A stretch of DNA of 64,000 bases from Bacteroidia bacterium. GTDB taxonomy: Bacteria; Bacteroidota; Bacteroidia; NS11-12g; UBA9320. How positions within the stretch are numbered: the stretch's first letter is position 1; every line of letters begins with the position of its first letter. This document shows, one piece after another, positions 52,203 through 61,313 of the stretch. The translations under genes and the position numbers were made by a program. The DNA lies in the NCBI GenBank assembly GCA_017857855.1, contig JAFMCI010000004.1, positions 1,665 to 65,664 on the forward strand, given 5' to 3'. The notes under the pieces were generated by a model. The model saw nothing but the letters and a program-made list of their open reading frames with translations. It was not told the origin of the DNA and ran no database searches.

Positions 52203-52210
52203 CAAATATA
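52203..52210 (-). promoter_or_regulatory. Bacteroidota -7 promoter box TATATTTG for the four-gene TBDR operon
   Basis: Exact TAnnTTTG on the minus strand, 12 nt upstream of ATG 52190. Confidence 0.5.
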
Positions 52211-52243
52211 AGAGGTGAACTTTAGTCTCGTGTAATCCTATCA

Positions 52244-52924
52244 TTAAACTTTAGGCTTGGCTTTTGTCACAAAAACTGATTTAATATAATTGGGCTCATA
52301 ATACGCCACACGCTCTAGCTCACCCGCTTCCCACTTTTTAAGGGCTTCAGGAAGTAAATTTCGAGCATTAATACCTGTATGTGAACTAATTAAAATGTTT
52401 TTGGGATTAAATTCTTGAACCCATTTTAAGGCTCCAGATCCACAAGCAATTGTCTCTCCGTGGGTATAATCACCAGCTAGTTGAGCATCGATTGTGATAA
52501 ACTGTTCATCAGCAATAGAATTTAGTTTTTTGTCAAATACACCCAAATAGGCATCCATTCTACGTGCATCTATCAATGAGATAAAACGTTCCGCTTTGGG
52601 AAATTCTAATTGAGCTGAAGCTGCAAAAGCGGCTAATGTAGAGCATGCGATAAGTGGTAAATCTGATCCGAAACAAAGGCCTTTGGCCAAACTGCACCCA
52701 ATACGCAATCCGGTATATGAACCAGGACCTCCGCCAATAATAACCGCGTCAAGTGTAGCTATTTCTAATCCGCTTTCTTTTAAAACATCGTCTACAAATT
52801 GTGCTAAATAAATAGAATGTGAGTTGGGTTCTTGAATAGATTTTTCAGCAATAATCTGACTACCGCGAGAAACTGCGACTGAGCAAACATCTCCGGAAGA
52901 TTCTATTAAAATAAATTTAGGCAC
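52244..52924 (-). CDS. tsaB: tRNA threonylcarbamoyladenosine biosynthesis protein TsaB
   Basis: 226 aa with ILIESSGDVCSVAV and IIGGGPGSYTGLRIG, characteristic of YeaZ/TsaB. Confidence 0.85.
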   Translation of the reverse strand: MPKFILIESSGDVCSVAVSRGSQIIAEKSIQEPNSHSIYLAQFVDDVLKESGLEIATLDAVIIGGGPGSYTGLRIGCSLAKGLCFGSDLPLIACSTLAAFAASAQLEFPKAERFISLIDARRMDAYLGVFDKKLNSIADEQFITIDAQLAGDYTHGETIACGSGALKWVQEFNPKNILISSHTGINARNLLPEALKKWEAGELERVAYYEPNYIKSVFVTKAKPKV

Positions 52925-52936
52925 TTCAGGAACTAA

Positions 52937-53428
52937 TTAGCTGCTTTCTAACGATTTTACTCTTTTAAACGCCCAAGATTTTTCAAAAGGAACTTGCCAT
53001 CTTGTACGTAATTCCGAAAGCACTCCCAGCGTATTATCCAGAAACGTAGAATTAGCATGAATAATACCCACACGAAATGCTTGTGTTAGCTCCGGAAGCT
53101 GCACTAAGCGAATCTTATCGTCTTCTAAAAAGGTGAGATTCATTCTGTTAAAAAGATCCAAGTTCATTTCGTTATCAATTTGTCTGAATATAGCAGAAGT
53201 CTGATCTATGCTGCACCCCGATGCTGCTTCTATCTCCTCATCTACCCCTAATACCAAGAGTTGGTTGTAAAAAATAGCAAATTCGGCTGTAAGTTGATTA
53301 CCATGAGCTGCCCAGTTTTTGCAAAAAACAGAAAGTCTTTCTTCTATGATTGATGATTCTGCTAATGTCAGAGATCTATTGGCTACATAAATCCATATTC
53401 GTCCATTTCCGGTAAGTGTTGGGAACAT
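52937..53428 (-). CDS. Conserved hypothetical cytoplasmic protein
   Basis: 163-aa ORF with good coding character, 12 nt upstream of tsaB on the same strand. No motif recognised. Confidence 0.5.
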   Translation of the reverse strand: MFPTLTGNGRIWIYVANRSLTLAESSIIEERLSVFCKNWAAHGNQLTAEFAIFYNQLLVLGVDEEIEAASGCSIDQTSAIFRQIDNEMNLDLFNRMNLTFLEDDKIRLVQLPELTQAFRVGIIHANSTFLDNTLGVLSELRTRWQVPFEKSWAFKRVKSLESS

Positions 53429-53715
53429 GATGCGAAGATAAAGGGAAACCTATTCAACTAGCAAATGAAACACGATGTTGTTAACTTATAATGACAGCTT
53501 ACCCCAACAATTATGCACAGAGTTGCTCAACACAGCAAACTCGATAATTTTTACCAATTAAATAAATGGTTAGTTCAATCAGTGAATTAGCGCAATTCCT
53601 ATCAGGAGGCATTCGCTTAAATTATTTTTTGGTGCAAGTAATTCTGATATTTCTTTTTGTTTTCAAATACGTACGTATATTCGACTCGATTGTAACGCAA
53701 TTTTTTAATTATAAC

Positions 53716-55452
53716 ATGACCAAAACCAACTACCCAGCCCTGTATACACTAATAACCGTGTTTTTCTTTTGGGGATTTATTGCTGCAGGAAATAGCATAT
53801 TTATTCCCTTTTGTAAATCGTACTTCTCGTTGGACCAATTTCAGTCGCAGCTTGTAGACTTTGCATTTTATACCGCTTACTATTTAGGTGCCCTTTTACT
53901 ATTTGCATTTGGGACCTTAGGAGGTACTGACATCGTAGGTAAGTGGGGTTATAAAAAAAGTATCGTCTACGGATTACTTTTTTCTGCACTTGGAGCTGGA
54001 GCTATGATAATAGCAGTTCAGGCTAATTTATATGCAGGGATGTTGATAGGGCTATTTATTGTAGCATTAGGTTTTTCACTACAACAAACAGCAGCTAATC
54101 CGTTTGCCATCTTACTTGGCGACCCGAAAACTGGTGCTAGCCGCGTTAATTTAGGAGGTGGAATAAATTCTTTGGGAACCACGATTGGCCCAATAGTAGT
54201 AGCATTAGCCTTATTTGGCTCTGCAGTGAGCATAACCGATGAGCAAATAAAAATGCTTGAACTTAGTAAGGTTATATATTTATACATGGGCGTAGGATTA
54301 TTATTTATTCTGGCGGCAGGACTTTTCTTTTTCTCCCAAAAAGTGCCTGATGGTATAACCACTGAGCCTGTAGAAAAAGCAAATAAAGCGCTTATCACGT
54401 TGACCGTTATGACTGTATTGTTGGCTATTATGTTTGTGCCTGTATTTAGCAGTTATAAAAGCGCTGAAGCAGCTGAAATATTAACCTTAGGGAATGAAAT
54501 AGTTGAACTAAACGCTGCGAATTCAGAAACCATTAATCTTGATTTAATTTTATCCAAAGAGACCAAGTTGGCACAAATCAGTAAAGGACTTGAAAACTAT
54601 AGAATGTCTTGGTTGATAGGCGCTTTAATTACGGTTGTGGGAGGTTTACTATTTTCATACACTTCCGCTAAGAAAAAACAAGATGGATGGGGAGCAATGC
54701 AATATCCTCAACTGGTTCTTGGAATGCTTGCCATTTTCACGTACGTCGGCGTAGAGGTTGCCATAGGTTCTAATCTGGGCGAACTCTTAAAACTAGATTC
54801 CTTTGGCGGATTACAATCATCGGAGATTGCTCCATATATATCCATGTACTGGGGCAGCTTAATGATAGGGCGCTGGGCAGGAGCCATTAGTGTATTTAAC
54901 CTAAACGGAATAAAAAGAACTATGGCCCTCATAATTGTTCCCATAGTTGCGTTCGGGCTTATCCTTGGGGTAAATATACTTTCAGGTAAAGACATGACTC
55001 CTCTTTATTACTATGTAGTGTGTGTTTTCTTGCAAATTGGAGCTTTCTTCTTTAGCAAGGATAAGCCAGCTAGAACTCTGATGGTTTTTGGAGCACTTGG
55101 CATTTTGGCTATGCTAATAGGATTATCCACCACCGGCACTTTAGCTATCTATGCTTTCCTTGCGGGTGGTTTAGCTTGTAGTATCATGTGGCCCGCAATT
55201 TTTAGTCTTTCTATCATAGGTCTTGGGAAATATACTTCTCAAGGATCAGCATTTTTAGTAATGATGATTTTAGGCGGCGGTATTATTCCTCCAATACAAG
55301 GAAAATTGTCAGACCTTATCGGGATACATCAATCATTTATTGTAGCAGTAGTTTGCTTTGCCTATTTAACCTTATTCGCCTTTTTAGTAAAACGAATTTT
55401 GAAAAAGCAAAATATTGACATAGACCATTTAGAAATTGAAGCAAGTCATTAA
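53716..55452 (+). CDS. MFS sugar transporter of the FucP/GluP (fucose, glucose/galactose) family with an enlarged central loop
   Basis: [25 protein letters not shown] and [23 protein letters not shown] match the FucP/GluP N- and C-half starts. The start was set at ATG 53716 ([10 protein letters not shown]...), and the upstream 50 codons in the track look non-coding. Confidence 0.8.
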   Translation: MTKTNYPALYTLITVFFFWGFIAAGNSIFIPFCKSYFSLDQFQSQLVDFAFYTAYYLGALLLFAFGTLGGTDIVGKWGYKKSIVYGLLFSALGAGAMIIAVQANLYAGMLIGLFIVALGFSLQQTAANPFAILLGDPKTGASRVNLGGGINSLGTTIGPIVVALALFGSAVSITDEQIKMLELSKVIYLYMGVGLLFILAAGLFFFSQKVPDGITTEPVEKANKALITLTVMTVLLAIMFVPVFSSYKSAEAAEILTLGNEIVELNAANSETINLDLILSKETKLAQISKGLENYRMSWLIGALITVVGGLLFSYTSAKKKQDGWGAMQYPQLVLGMLAIFTYVGVEVAIGSNLGELLKLDSFGGLQSSEIAPYISMYWGSLMIGRWAGAISVFNLNGIKRTMALIIVPIVAFGLILGVNILSGKDMTPLYYYVVCVFLQIGAFFFSKDKPARTLMVFGALGILAMLIGLSTTGTLAIYAFLAGGLACSIMWPAIFSLSIIGLGKYTSQGSAFLVMMILGGGIIPPIQGKLSDLIGIHQSFIVAVVCFAYLTLFAFLVKRILKKQNIDIDHLEIEASH

Positions 55453-55591
55453 AAAATTCGATTCTAATAGAAAAATTAATACATACCTTTTTTAGTCGTG
55501 AATTTATTTGGGCGATAGTCGCATTGTACGGTTTGGTGCGCACAAAATAGACTTTGTAAAGTTGCCCAATGAGATGGAATTAACCGTAATA

Positions 55592-55864
55592 CTATCGTTT
55601 GCTAATTTTATTATTTGAAATGGTTCGTTGAAGATTGCACTTATGTCTACCTTCTACCCAGCCTCTCAATTTATTATGCTTAGTTACTCTTCCTTGTACT
55701 CGCTTTCGCCAAAGTCTAAAACTACTGGGTTTTAATTCTCTGCGCATGATTTGAATCACCTCTTGCTCCGTTATACCGAATTGTAGTTTAATGGTATCAA
55801 AACTAGTGCGGTCTTCCCACGCCATTTCTATGATACGATTTAAGTCTAACGGTGTACTACTCAT
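55592..55864 (-). CDS. TIGR03643/DUF2805 family small protein
   Basis: IIEMAWEDRTSFDTIKLQFGITEQEVIQIMRRELKPSSFRLWRKRVQGR matches the DUF2805 pattern as I recall it. Confidence 0.65.
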   Translation of the reverse strand: MSSTPLDLNRIIEMAWEDRTSFDTIKLQFGITEQEVIQIMRRELKPSSFRLWRKRVQGRVTKHNKLRGWVEGRHKCNLQRTISNNKISKR

Positions 55865-55944
55865 TACAATCTTACAAACATGAGAATCTCAATTTAGTTC
55901 ATTCGAATACCAATGTATTTTTTTAGTAACTTCGTCATCTTACA

Positions 55945-58320
55945 ATGCAAAAAGTACTTGGAATTATATCATTGATTATTGGGCTCGGCTTAGTTTATTT
56001 TTTTAACAACTCACATACCCTAGGTGAGAAGCCTATCCCGCCTATTGGTAAACTGTTAAATCCGTTTACGGGAGCATGGCAAAACTCTGAAAAAAGTACG
56101 GATTATTCAGACTTTAAGCTTACAAGTGAGCTTATTAAAGAAGAGGTTACTATCGTTTTTGACGACCGAATGGTGCCTCATATTTATGCAAAAAACTTAC
56201 AAGATGCAATGTTTGCACAAGGCTACGTAGAAGCTTATCATAGGTTGTTTCAAATGGATTTATCGACTCGCTCACCTGACGGTAAATTGGCTGAAATTCT
56301 CGGACCTAATCTGTTAGAGTATGATAAGAAACAACGTAGATTAGGACTTGGTTTTGCGGCAGATAATGCACTTAAAGGGTGGGATAATTTCCCCGAGGAG
56401 CTAAAAAATGTAGATGCGTATACTGCTGGCGTCAACCATTTTATAGATAACCTAGCTCCAAAAGATTATCCAATAGAATATAAACTCTTGGATTTTAAGC
56501 CAAGTTCATGGACCAATAGACACTCTGCCTTGCTACTTAAGGCAATGACGCAAACACTGGCCGGTTATGAAAATGATATTGAAATGAGCAATGCGCTTCG
56601 TGTATTGGGGAAAGAAGACTTTAATTTAATTTATCCTGATAGGAATCCAAAAGATATTCCAATTGCTGAAGGACCGTATAACTACGCTAAAGAACGTACA
56701 GATTCTTTTAAAGGCGCTATTACGAGTCTTAATTTGCCTAGCATCCAAAGGCCACGTTCTCCAGATGGTATAGGTAGCAATAACTGGGCTGTGAGTGGTT
56801 CTAAAAGTGCTACAGGATTACCCATGCTTGCCAATGATCCACATTTAGGATTGAGCCTACCATCGGTATGGTATGAGATAGCTATTACCACTCCCGAATT
56901 TTCTGCACAAGGTGTGACCTTACTTGGGATGCCAGGCATTATGATTGGGTTTAACGAAAATATAGCATGGGGTGAGACGAATGTTGGTCATGATGTATCA
57001 GACTACTATACCGTAAAATGGACCGATAAAAGTAAAACCAGTTATATGCTAGACGGTCAGCAAAAAAAGGCAGATCTCAAAATAGAAAAGATATTGGTTA
57101 AAGGTGAGAAGGTGGTATTTGATACGGTTAGGTATACTGTTTGGGGCCCAGTAGTAGATGATGAGACCAATTTAGCCCTGCGTTGGATAGCGCACGATGC
57201 GGCACCTACGCCTGAGTTTATGGCTTTTGTTAATGGAATGCAGTGTGATAATTATGACGATTATTTGAAATCTACAGCTGCATTTTATGCGCCTGCACAA
57301 AACTTTATTTATGCAGATAATAAAAATGAAATAGGGATACGGATAAACGGTTCACTGCCTATAAAAAAGTATATGCAAGGAGTTACCATTACCGATGGTT
57401 CCAGTTCTAAAAATGGGTGGTCAGGGTTTATCCCACGCGACGCCAATCCTCAAGAACGTAATCCTGAAAGAGGATATGTTAGCAGTGCAAACCAATACAG
57501 TGCCAATGAAGATTATCCTTATTATTACAATGGGAATTTTGAACCTTATAGAGGCAGAATAGTAAACAAGTATCTTGCCGATAAAAAGGTTGTCGATTTA
57601 ACCTATATGAAAGCCATGCAAAACAGTACATACAGTATGTTGGCAGAAGAAGCACTTGCCGTTATGCTGCCAAGACTCAATGGGAAAGTTGCTATGCACG
57701 CCTATGCTAAGGAATTAGCTAAGTGGGATTTTCATTATGATGCTTCATCTGTAGCTGCAGTTTTGTTTGACAGATGGTTCAGTACTTTTCACGAAATGCT
57801 ATGGGATGAAGTGTATACACAAAATAAAAAAGTTGCTCTTCCCGAACCGGATTATTGGGTTACGGTTAATATGATGGAAAGCATGAATACTAGTAAATTT
57901 TACGATGTAGCATCCACTTCAAAAGTAGAATCCTTGGACGACCTTATAAATCAATCGTTTAGGATTGTTATGGGGTTAGATAGACTCACATTGAGCGAGT
58001 CTAAAGACGCTCAAATACTACACCTTACTCGTTTACCTGCATTCTCAGAAATGGAACTAGCCTTGGGCGGCACCAAGTATAGTTTGAATGCTATGCAACA
58101 GAAGTTTGGACCCAGTTGGCGCATGATTGTCTTGTTGGGCAAGACCCCTGAAGCTTATGGGACATATCCAGGAGGCCAAAGTGGGAATCCTGCAAGCCCT
58201 TTCTACAAAAACCGTATATCCACCTGGGCAAAAGGAGAATATGATAAACTTGTCTTGGCCCGAAAATCTTCAGAAATATCTACATCACTTTTTACCATTC
58301 ATATAAATCATGAAAAATAG
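55945..58320 (+). CDS. Penicillin acylase family (Ntn-hydrolase, S45) protein
   Basis: 791 aa with an N-terminal anchor or signal. The autoprocessing site context GIGSNNWAVSG (Ser nucleophile) and ANDPHL are typical of penicillin/AHL acylases. Confidence 0.85.
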   Translation: MQKVLGIISLIIGLGLVYFFNNSHTLGEKPIPPIGKLLNPFTGAWQNSEKSTDYSDFKLTSELIKEEVTIVFDDRMVPHIYAKNLQDAMFAQGYVEAYHRLFQMDLSTRSPDGKLAEILGPNLLEYDKKQRRLGLGFAADNALKGWDNFPEELKNVDAYTAGVNHFIDNLAPKDYPIEYKLLDFKPSSWTNRHSALLLKAMTQTLAGYENDIEMSNALRVLGKEDFNLIYPDRNPKDIPIAEGPYNYAKERTDSFKGAITSLNLPSIQRPRSPDGIGSNNWAVSGSKSATGLPMLANDPHLGLSLPSVWYEIAITTPEFSAQGVTLLGMPGIMIGFNENIAWGETNVGHDVSDYYTVKWTDKSKTSYMLDGQQKKADLKIEKILVKGEKVVFDTVRYTVWGPVVDDETNLALRWIAHDAAPTPEFMAFVNGMQCDNYDDYLKSTAAFYAPAQNFIYADNKNEIGIRINGSLPIKKYMQGVTITDGSSSKNGWSGFIPRDANPQERNPERGYVSSANQYSANEDYPYYYNGNFEPYRGRIVNKYLADKKVVDLTYMKAMQNSTYSMLAEEALAVMLPRLNGKVAMHAYAKELAKWDFHYDASSVAAVLFDRWFSTFHEMLWDEVYTQNKKVALPEPDYWVTVNMMESMNTSKFYDVASTSKVESLDDLINQSFRIVMGLDRLTLSESKDAQILHLTRLPAFSEMELALGGTKYSLNAMQQKFGPSWRMIVLLGKTPEAYGTYPGGQSGNPASPFYKNRISTWAKGEYDKLVLARKSSEISTSLFTIHINHEK

Positions 58321-58657
58321 TATTCTCTTTGTCTCCATATGTGTACTAACTGTTGTGTGCTCACTGGTTGCGCCTTGGTGGGTAATAGCGCCTATTTCCT
58401 TTACAGTGGCATACCTAGGTAAAATGAAATCATCAGCGGGTTTTGGTGTCCCTTTTCTATCAGTATTGATTACTTGGCTCATAGCTATTTACCTTAATGA
58501 CAATGGCGTAGTAGCTGAATTAATGGGTAAGTTACTTTTATTGCCCAACTGGTCTACACCCTTTCTTAGCGCATGTTTAGGGGGTTTAGTAGCTGGCTGT
58601 TTTGGACTTTCAGGCGCATTATTTAGCTATCGCAAGAAAACATGGGTTAATGGATAG
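58310..58657 (+). CDS. Small hypothetical membrane protein
   Basis: 115 aa with 3-4 hydrophobic helices. Its ATG overlaps the acylase stop by 11 nt. Confidence 0.45.
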   Translation: MKNSILFVSICVLTVVCSLVAPWWVIAPISFTVAYLGKMKSSAGFGVPFLSVLITWLIAIYLNDNGVVAELMGKLLLLPNWSTPFLSACLGGLVAGCFGLSGALFSYRKKTWVNG

Positions 58658-58661
58658 TGAC

Positions 58662-59324
58662 TTACTTAGGTAGTTTTCGAAGTGCTTCTTTGATGCTTAG
58701 TGGCTGTAATTTGTTGTTTTTTACAAAAGAAATCACCCATGATGGATTTACATCGGCATAACTACGAAGTGCCCAGCCAATCGCTTTTCGAATGAAAAAC
58801 GCCTTGTTTTGGGTGTGGGGTAAAATGCTATTTGCCAATAGGATTGTATCCACTTTTGCTTTGTATTTTAGTTGAAAAATAATAGAGGTTCTAATTAACC
58901 ATATGTCTTCACTTACATTCCAACGGTGTGTAATGTTGGCTTTATTATCTGGCCATTTTTGAAAATAGGCTCCGACCACTTTACTAGCTAAAAAGTCTAC
59001 CGTATCCCACCAACTATTTTGTAAAATAACCCATTCTATGGCTTCTATGTGATGCTCCTTCCATTGTTTTTTTGCCTTTAGAAGTAGTTCTTGCGCTATG
59101 TAGTGACACTCCCGGTGCGGTCGTAAAAATAGTACTTTCGCTACTTCAATAGCATTTTCGGGTACGCCGTATTGGTCGTAGATTTCTTTACAAATGAGTT
59201 TTCGTGTAGAGCTATTAATACCATAAAAAACAAACTGGTTTTTCATATAGGCTGCCATTTTAAGTGCTTGTTTTGGATTAGCGTTTGCCTCTAGTTGACT
59301 TATAATTGCTTGTTCGAAGTTCAT
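58662..59324 (-). CDS. DNA alkylation repair protein (AlkD-like HEAT-repeat family)
   Basis: NPKQALKMAAYMKNQFVFYGI and FFIRKAIGWALRSY motifs. The start was set at ATG 59324 (MNFEQAI...). Confidence 0.7.
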   Translation of the reverse strand: MNFEQAIISQLEANANPKQALKMAAYMKNQFVFYGINSSTRKLICKEIYDQYGVPENAIEVAKVLFLRPHRECHYIAQELLLKAKKQWKEHHIEAIEWVILQNSWWDTVDFLASKVVGAYFQKWPDNKANITHRWNVSEDIWLIRTSIIFQLKYKAKVDTILLANSILPHTQNKAFFIRKAIGWALRSYADVNPSWVISFVKNNKLQPLSIKEALRKLPK

Positions 59325-59383
59325 TTTAGTACACGAGATGTACAAATTTGAATGTTAAGATGCTACGAAAAGTAGTGGATTAC

Positions 59384-60517
59384 TTATTTTTTTGGAGCAT
59401 TTACAGCCGCACGTATGCTAAATACGTGAGACAATAGGGCTGCGCTTTGGTTACTTACGTCAGTAAGCGCGTAGTCTATACTTAAATTTTTGAGTTTTAA
59501 TCCAACGCCTATGTTAGGCATAAACGTCCATTCTGATTTATAATTCGTAATAGTCTTCCCATCTATAATCTCAGTGCTTAATATATCTTCGGTTTTAACC
59601 TGTTGCACGTTGCCTACTCCCCCTCGTAAAAAGATTATGTCTTTGTAGCCCGCTTCTACACCTAAATGTGGGTCTCCACTAACTAAGTTGGTTTGAAGCA
59701 AGGTATTACGTCTACCGTCGGTATTTAAATCCATGTTCAACTCTGTTAATAAAGAGTAATCGTCATTAAAGTTGATTTTTTTAGAAACTCCTAAAAGTAG
59801 CTTTGGCAAGGTGAATTCTAAGGAGTTTACGGGAACCTCATTTCCTGTGCTTTGAAACGTTTGAATTTCAGCGTCTGTAAAATTATATTTCCAGGCATTA
59901 AAAGTGGTAGTCACGTCGCGAGCCACGGCTGCAAAAATCCATTTATTCTGAGTTTCATAACGAGCACTTGCGTCTATACCAAATCCCCAAGCTGTCGTAA
60001 ATTCACCTGCTTTACGATTTATTATTTTGGCGCTACCGCCAATGCTTAGTCCGTTTTTGATGGCTTTTTGGGCGTAGCTAATGATAAAAGCATAATCTAC
60101 GGCACTAAACTCTGTTACTCTATTATAGTCTATCTGACCGTTTCGAACAAGGTCTAGTGTGTTAGGAATGCCGTCTACCCCAAATCGAATCATCGAAAAA
60201 CTGAGGGCTGCATTATCGTTAACTTTTGTACTAATGCCTAAATAATCATAATTGGCAATTCCGCTAAATAAAGCAGAGTGCATAAATGATAGTTGTATTT
60301 TATCCTGTTGTTTTACAAGGGCCGAAGGGTTCCAATATCCTGCAGTTACATCTTCTACAGATGCTATTACGGAGTTGGACATACCAAAAGCTCGAGCACC
60401 GACGCCTATAGATAAAAATTCGTTACTGTATTTAGGAGCGGATTGTGCATACAAATTAGTACCTGCAAAAAGTAAAATGGATAGTAAGGCAAGGACTAGT
60501 TTTGTATGATGTAGCAT
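59384..60517 (-). CDS. PorV/PorQ-family outer-membrane beta-barrel (T9SS-associated)
   Basis: Signal peptide ending YAQ, then NEFLSIGVGARAFGMSNSVIASVEDVTAGYWNPSAL. This resembles the conserved N-terminal strand-and-loop of PorV/PorQ-type FadL-like barrels. Length is 377 aa with a C-terminal beta signal. Confidence 0.5.
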   Translation of the reverse strand: MLHHTKLVLALLSILLFAGTNLYAQSAPKYSNEFLSIGVGARAFGMSNSVIASVEDVTAGYWNPSALVKQQDKIQLSFMHSALFSGIANYDYLGISTKVNDNAALSFSMIRFGVDGIPNTLDLVRNGQIDYNRVTEFSAVDYAFIISYAQKAIKNGLSIGGSAKIINRKAGEFTTAWGFGIDASARYETQNKWIFAAVARDVTTTFNAWKYNFTDAEIQTFQSTGNEVPVNSLEFTLPKLLLGVSKKINFNDDYSLLTELNMDLNTDGRRNTLLQTNLVSGDPHLGVEAGYKDIIFLRGGVGNVQQVKTEDILSTEIIDGKTITNYKSEWTFMPNIGVGLKLKNLSIDYALTDVSNQSAALLSHVFSIRAAVNAPKK

Positions 60518-60522
60518 ATTTT

Positions 60523-61179
60523 TTATAGGAGTTGAATTTCTAAGGCACCAATAGAACGTTCTAATTCAGGTTCTATTGTTTCGCAAATATCAACTAGTAG
60601 TTGTCTCTGATCATCATTAAGTTCAATCATGCCTAGTTTAGCGCAAACTCCTTCAACGGCCGCAACCACATTTTCTAGACTTGTATAGTTGGCTAAGAAA
60701 CGTGCTTTCATAAATCGGCGATGTTGCCCCTTCCATAACTCGTCATCTTGTAACCCAGCATATCGCATAAATTTAAGCACCCAATCTTGTTCTACGCTGT
60801 CTATCATGTTATAAAAATCGTCAGCTAAACTTGGATTTTTATCTAATAGTATCTTGTCAAGTAATACTTCAACCATAATATGGGTAATAAAATAATCACG
60901 GTTAATGTCTTTGTCTCCACTCTCTCTAATCATGTCAGTAGCCTTGTTGGTCAAGTCTACAAATGTCATCCAGTTATGAAATTTACGATCACTAGCAAAG
61001 TGTCTATTTGTACCGTCATTCATACTGGATATCTCCTTGGTAGTAAAGGTTATATTCTTGTATGGATTTATTCTTAGCTTTGAGATATGCGCTCTAGCAA
61101 GGTCTGGCAGTATTAGTCCAATGTTATAATACTTATTCTCCTCGTCTTTGTCGAAATAGTAATGACTTAAATAATTCAC
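60523..61179 (-). CDS. Hypothetical protein, possibly acyl carrier protein phosphodiesterase-like (AcpH family)
   Basis: The N-terminus (M)NYLSHYYFD....GLILPDLAR is reminiscent of AcpH (MNFLAHLHLA...LADF.R), and the size is similar (218 aa). The start is GTG. The assignment is weak. Confidence 0.3.
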   Translation of the reverse strand: MNYLSHYYFDKDEENKYYNIGLILPDLARAHISKLRINPYKNITFTTKEISSMNDGTNRHFASDRKFHNWMTFVDLTNKATDMIRESGDKDINRDYFITHIMVEVLLDKILLDKNPSLADDFYNMIDSVEQDWVLKFMRYAGLQDDELWKGQHRRFMKARFLANYTSLENVVAAVEGVCAKLGMIELNDDQRQLLVDICETIEPELERSIGALEIQLL

Positions 61180-61300
61180 TAGTGCAAAGAAAATGAAATG
61201 TATTCAATTAATAGCAAAGTATTAATATTGAGATTAATAAAGGGTAGCAAATCGGTAACCTACAATATTTCAAAGGATAAATTTACACTCTCTAAAACAG

Positions 61301-61308
61301 TACATTTG
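61301..61308 (+). promoter_or_regulatory. Bacteroidota -7 promoter box TACATTTG
   Basis: Exact TAnnTTTG, only 5 nt upstream of the TTG (61314) that opens the MATE ORF. Confidence 0.4.
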
Positions 61309-61313
61309 CGGCT

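Noticed and set aside
53566-53715. 50-codon N-terminal extension of the MFS transporter proposed by the ORF track
   Set aside because: The conserved FucP/GluP N-terminus starts at [10 protein letters not shown] (ATG 53716). The upstream extension is AT-rich and Phe/Ile/Val-rich, and looks like translated promoter DNA.
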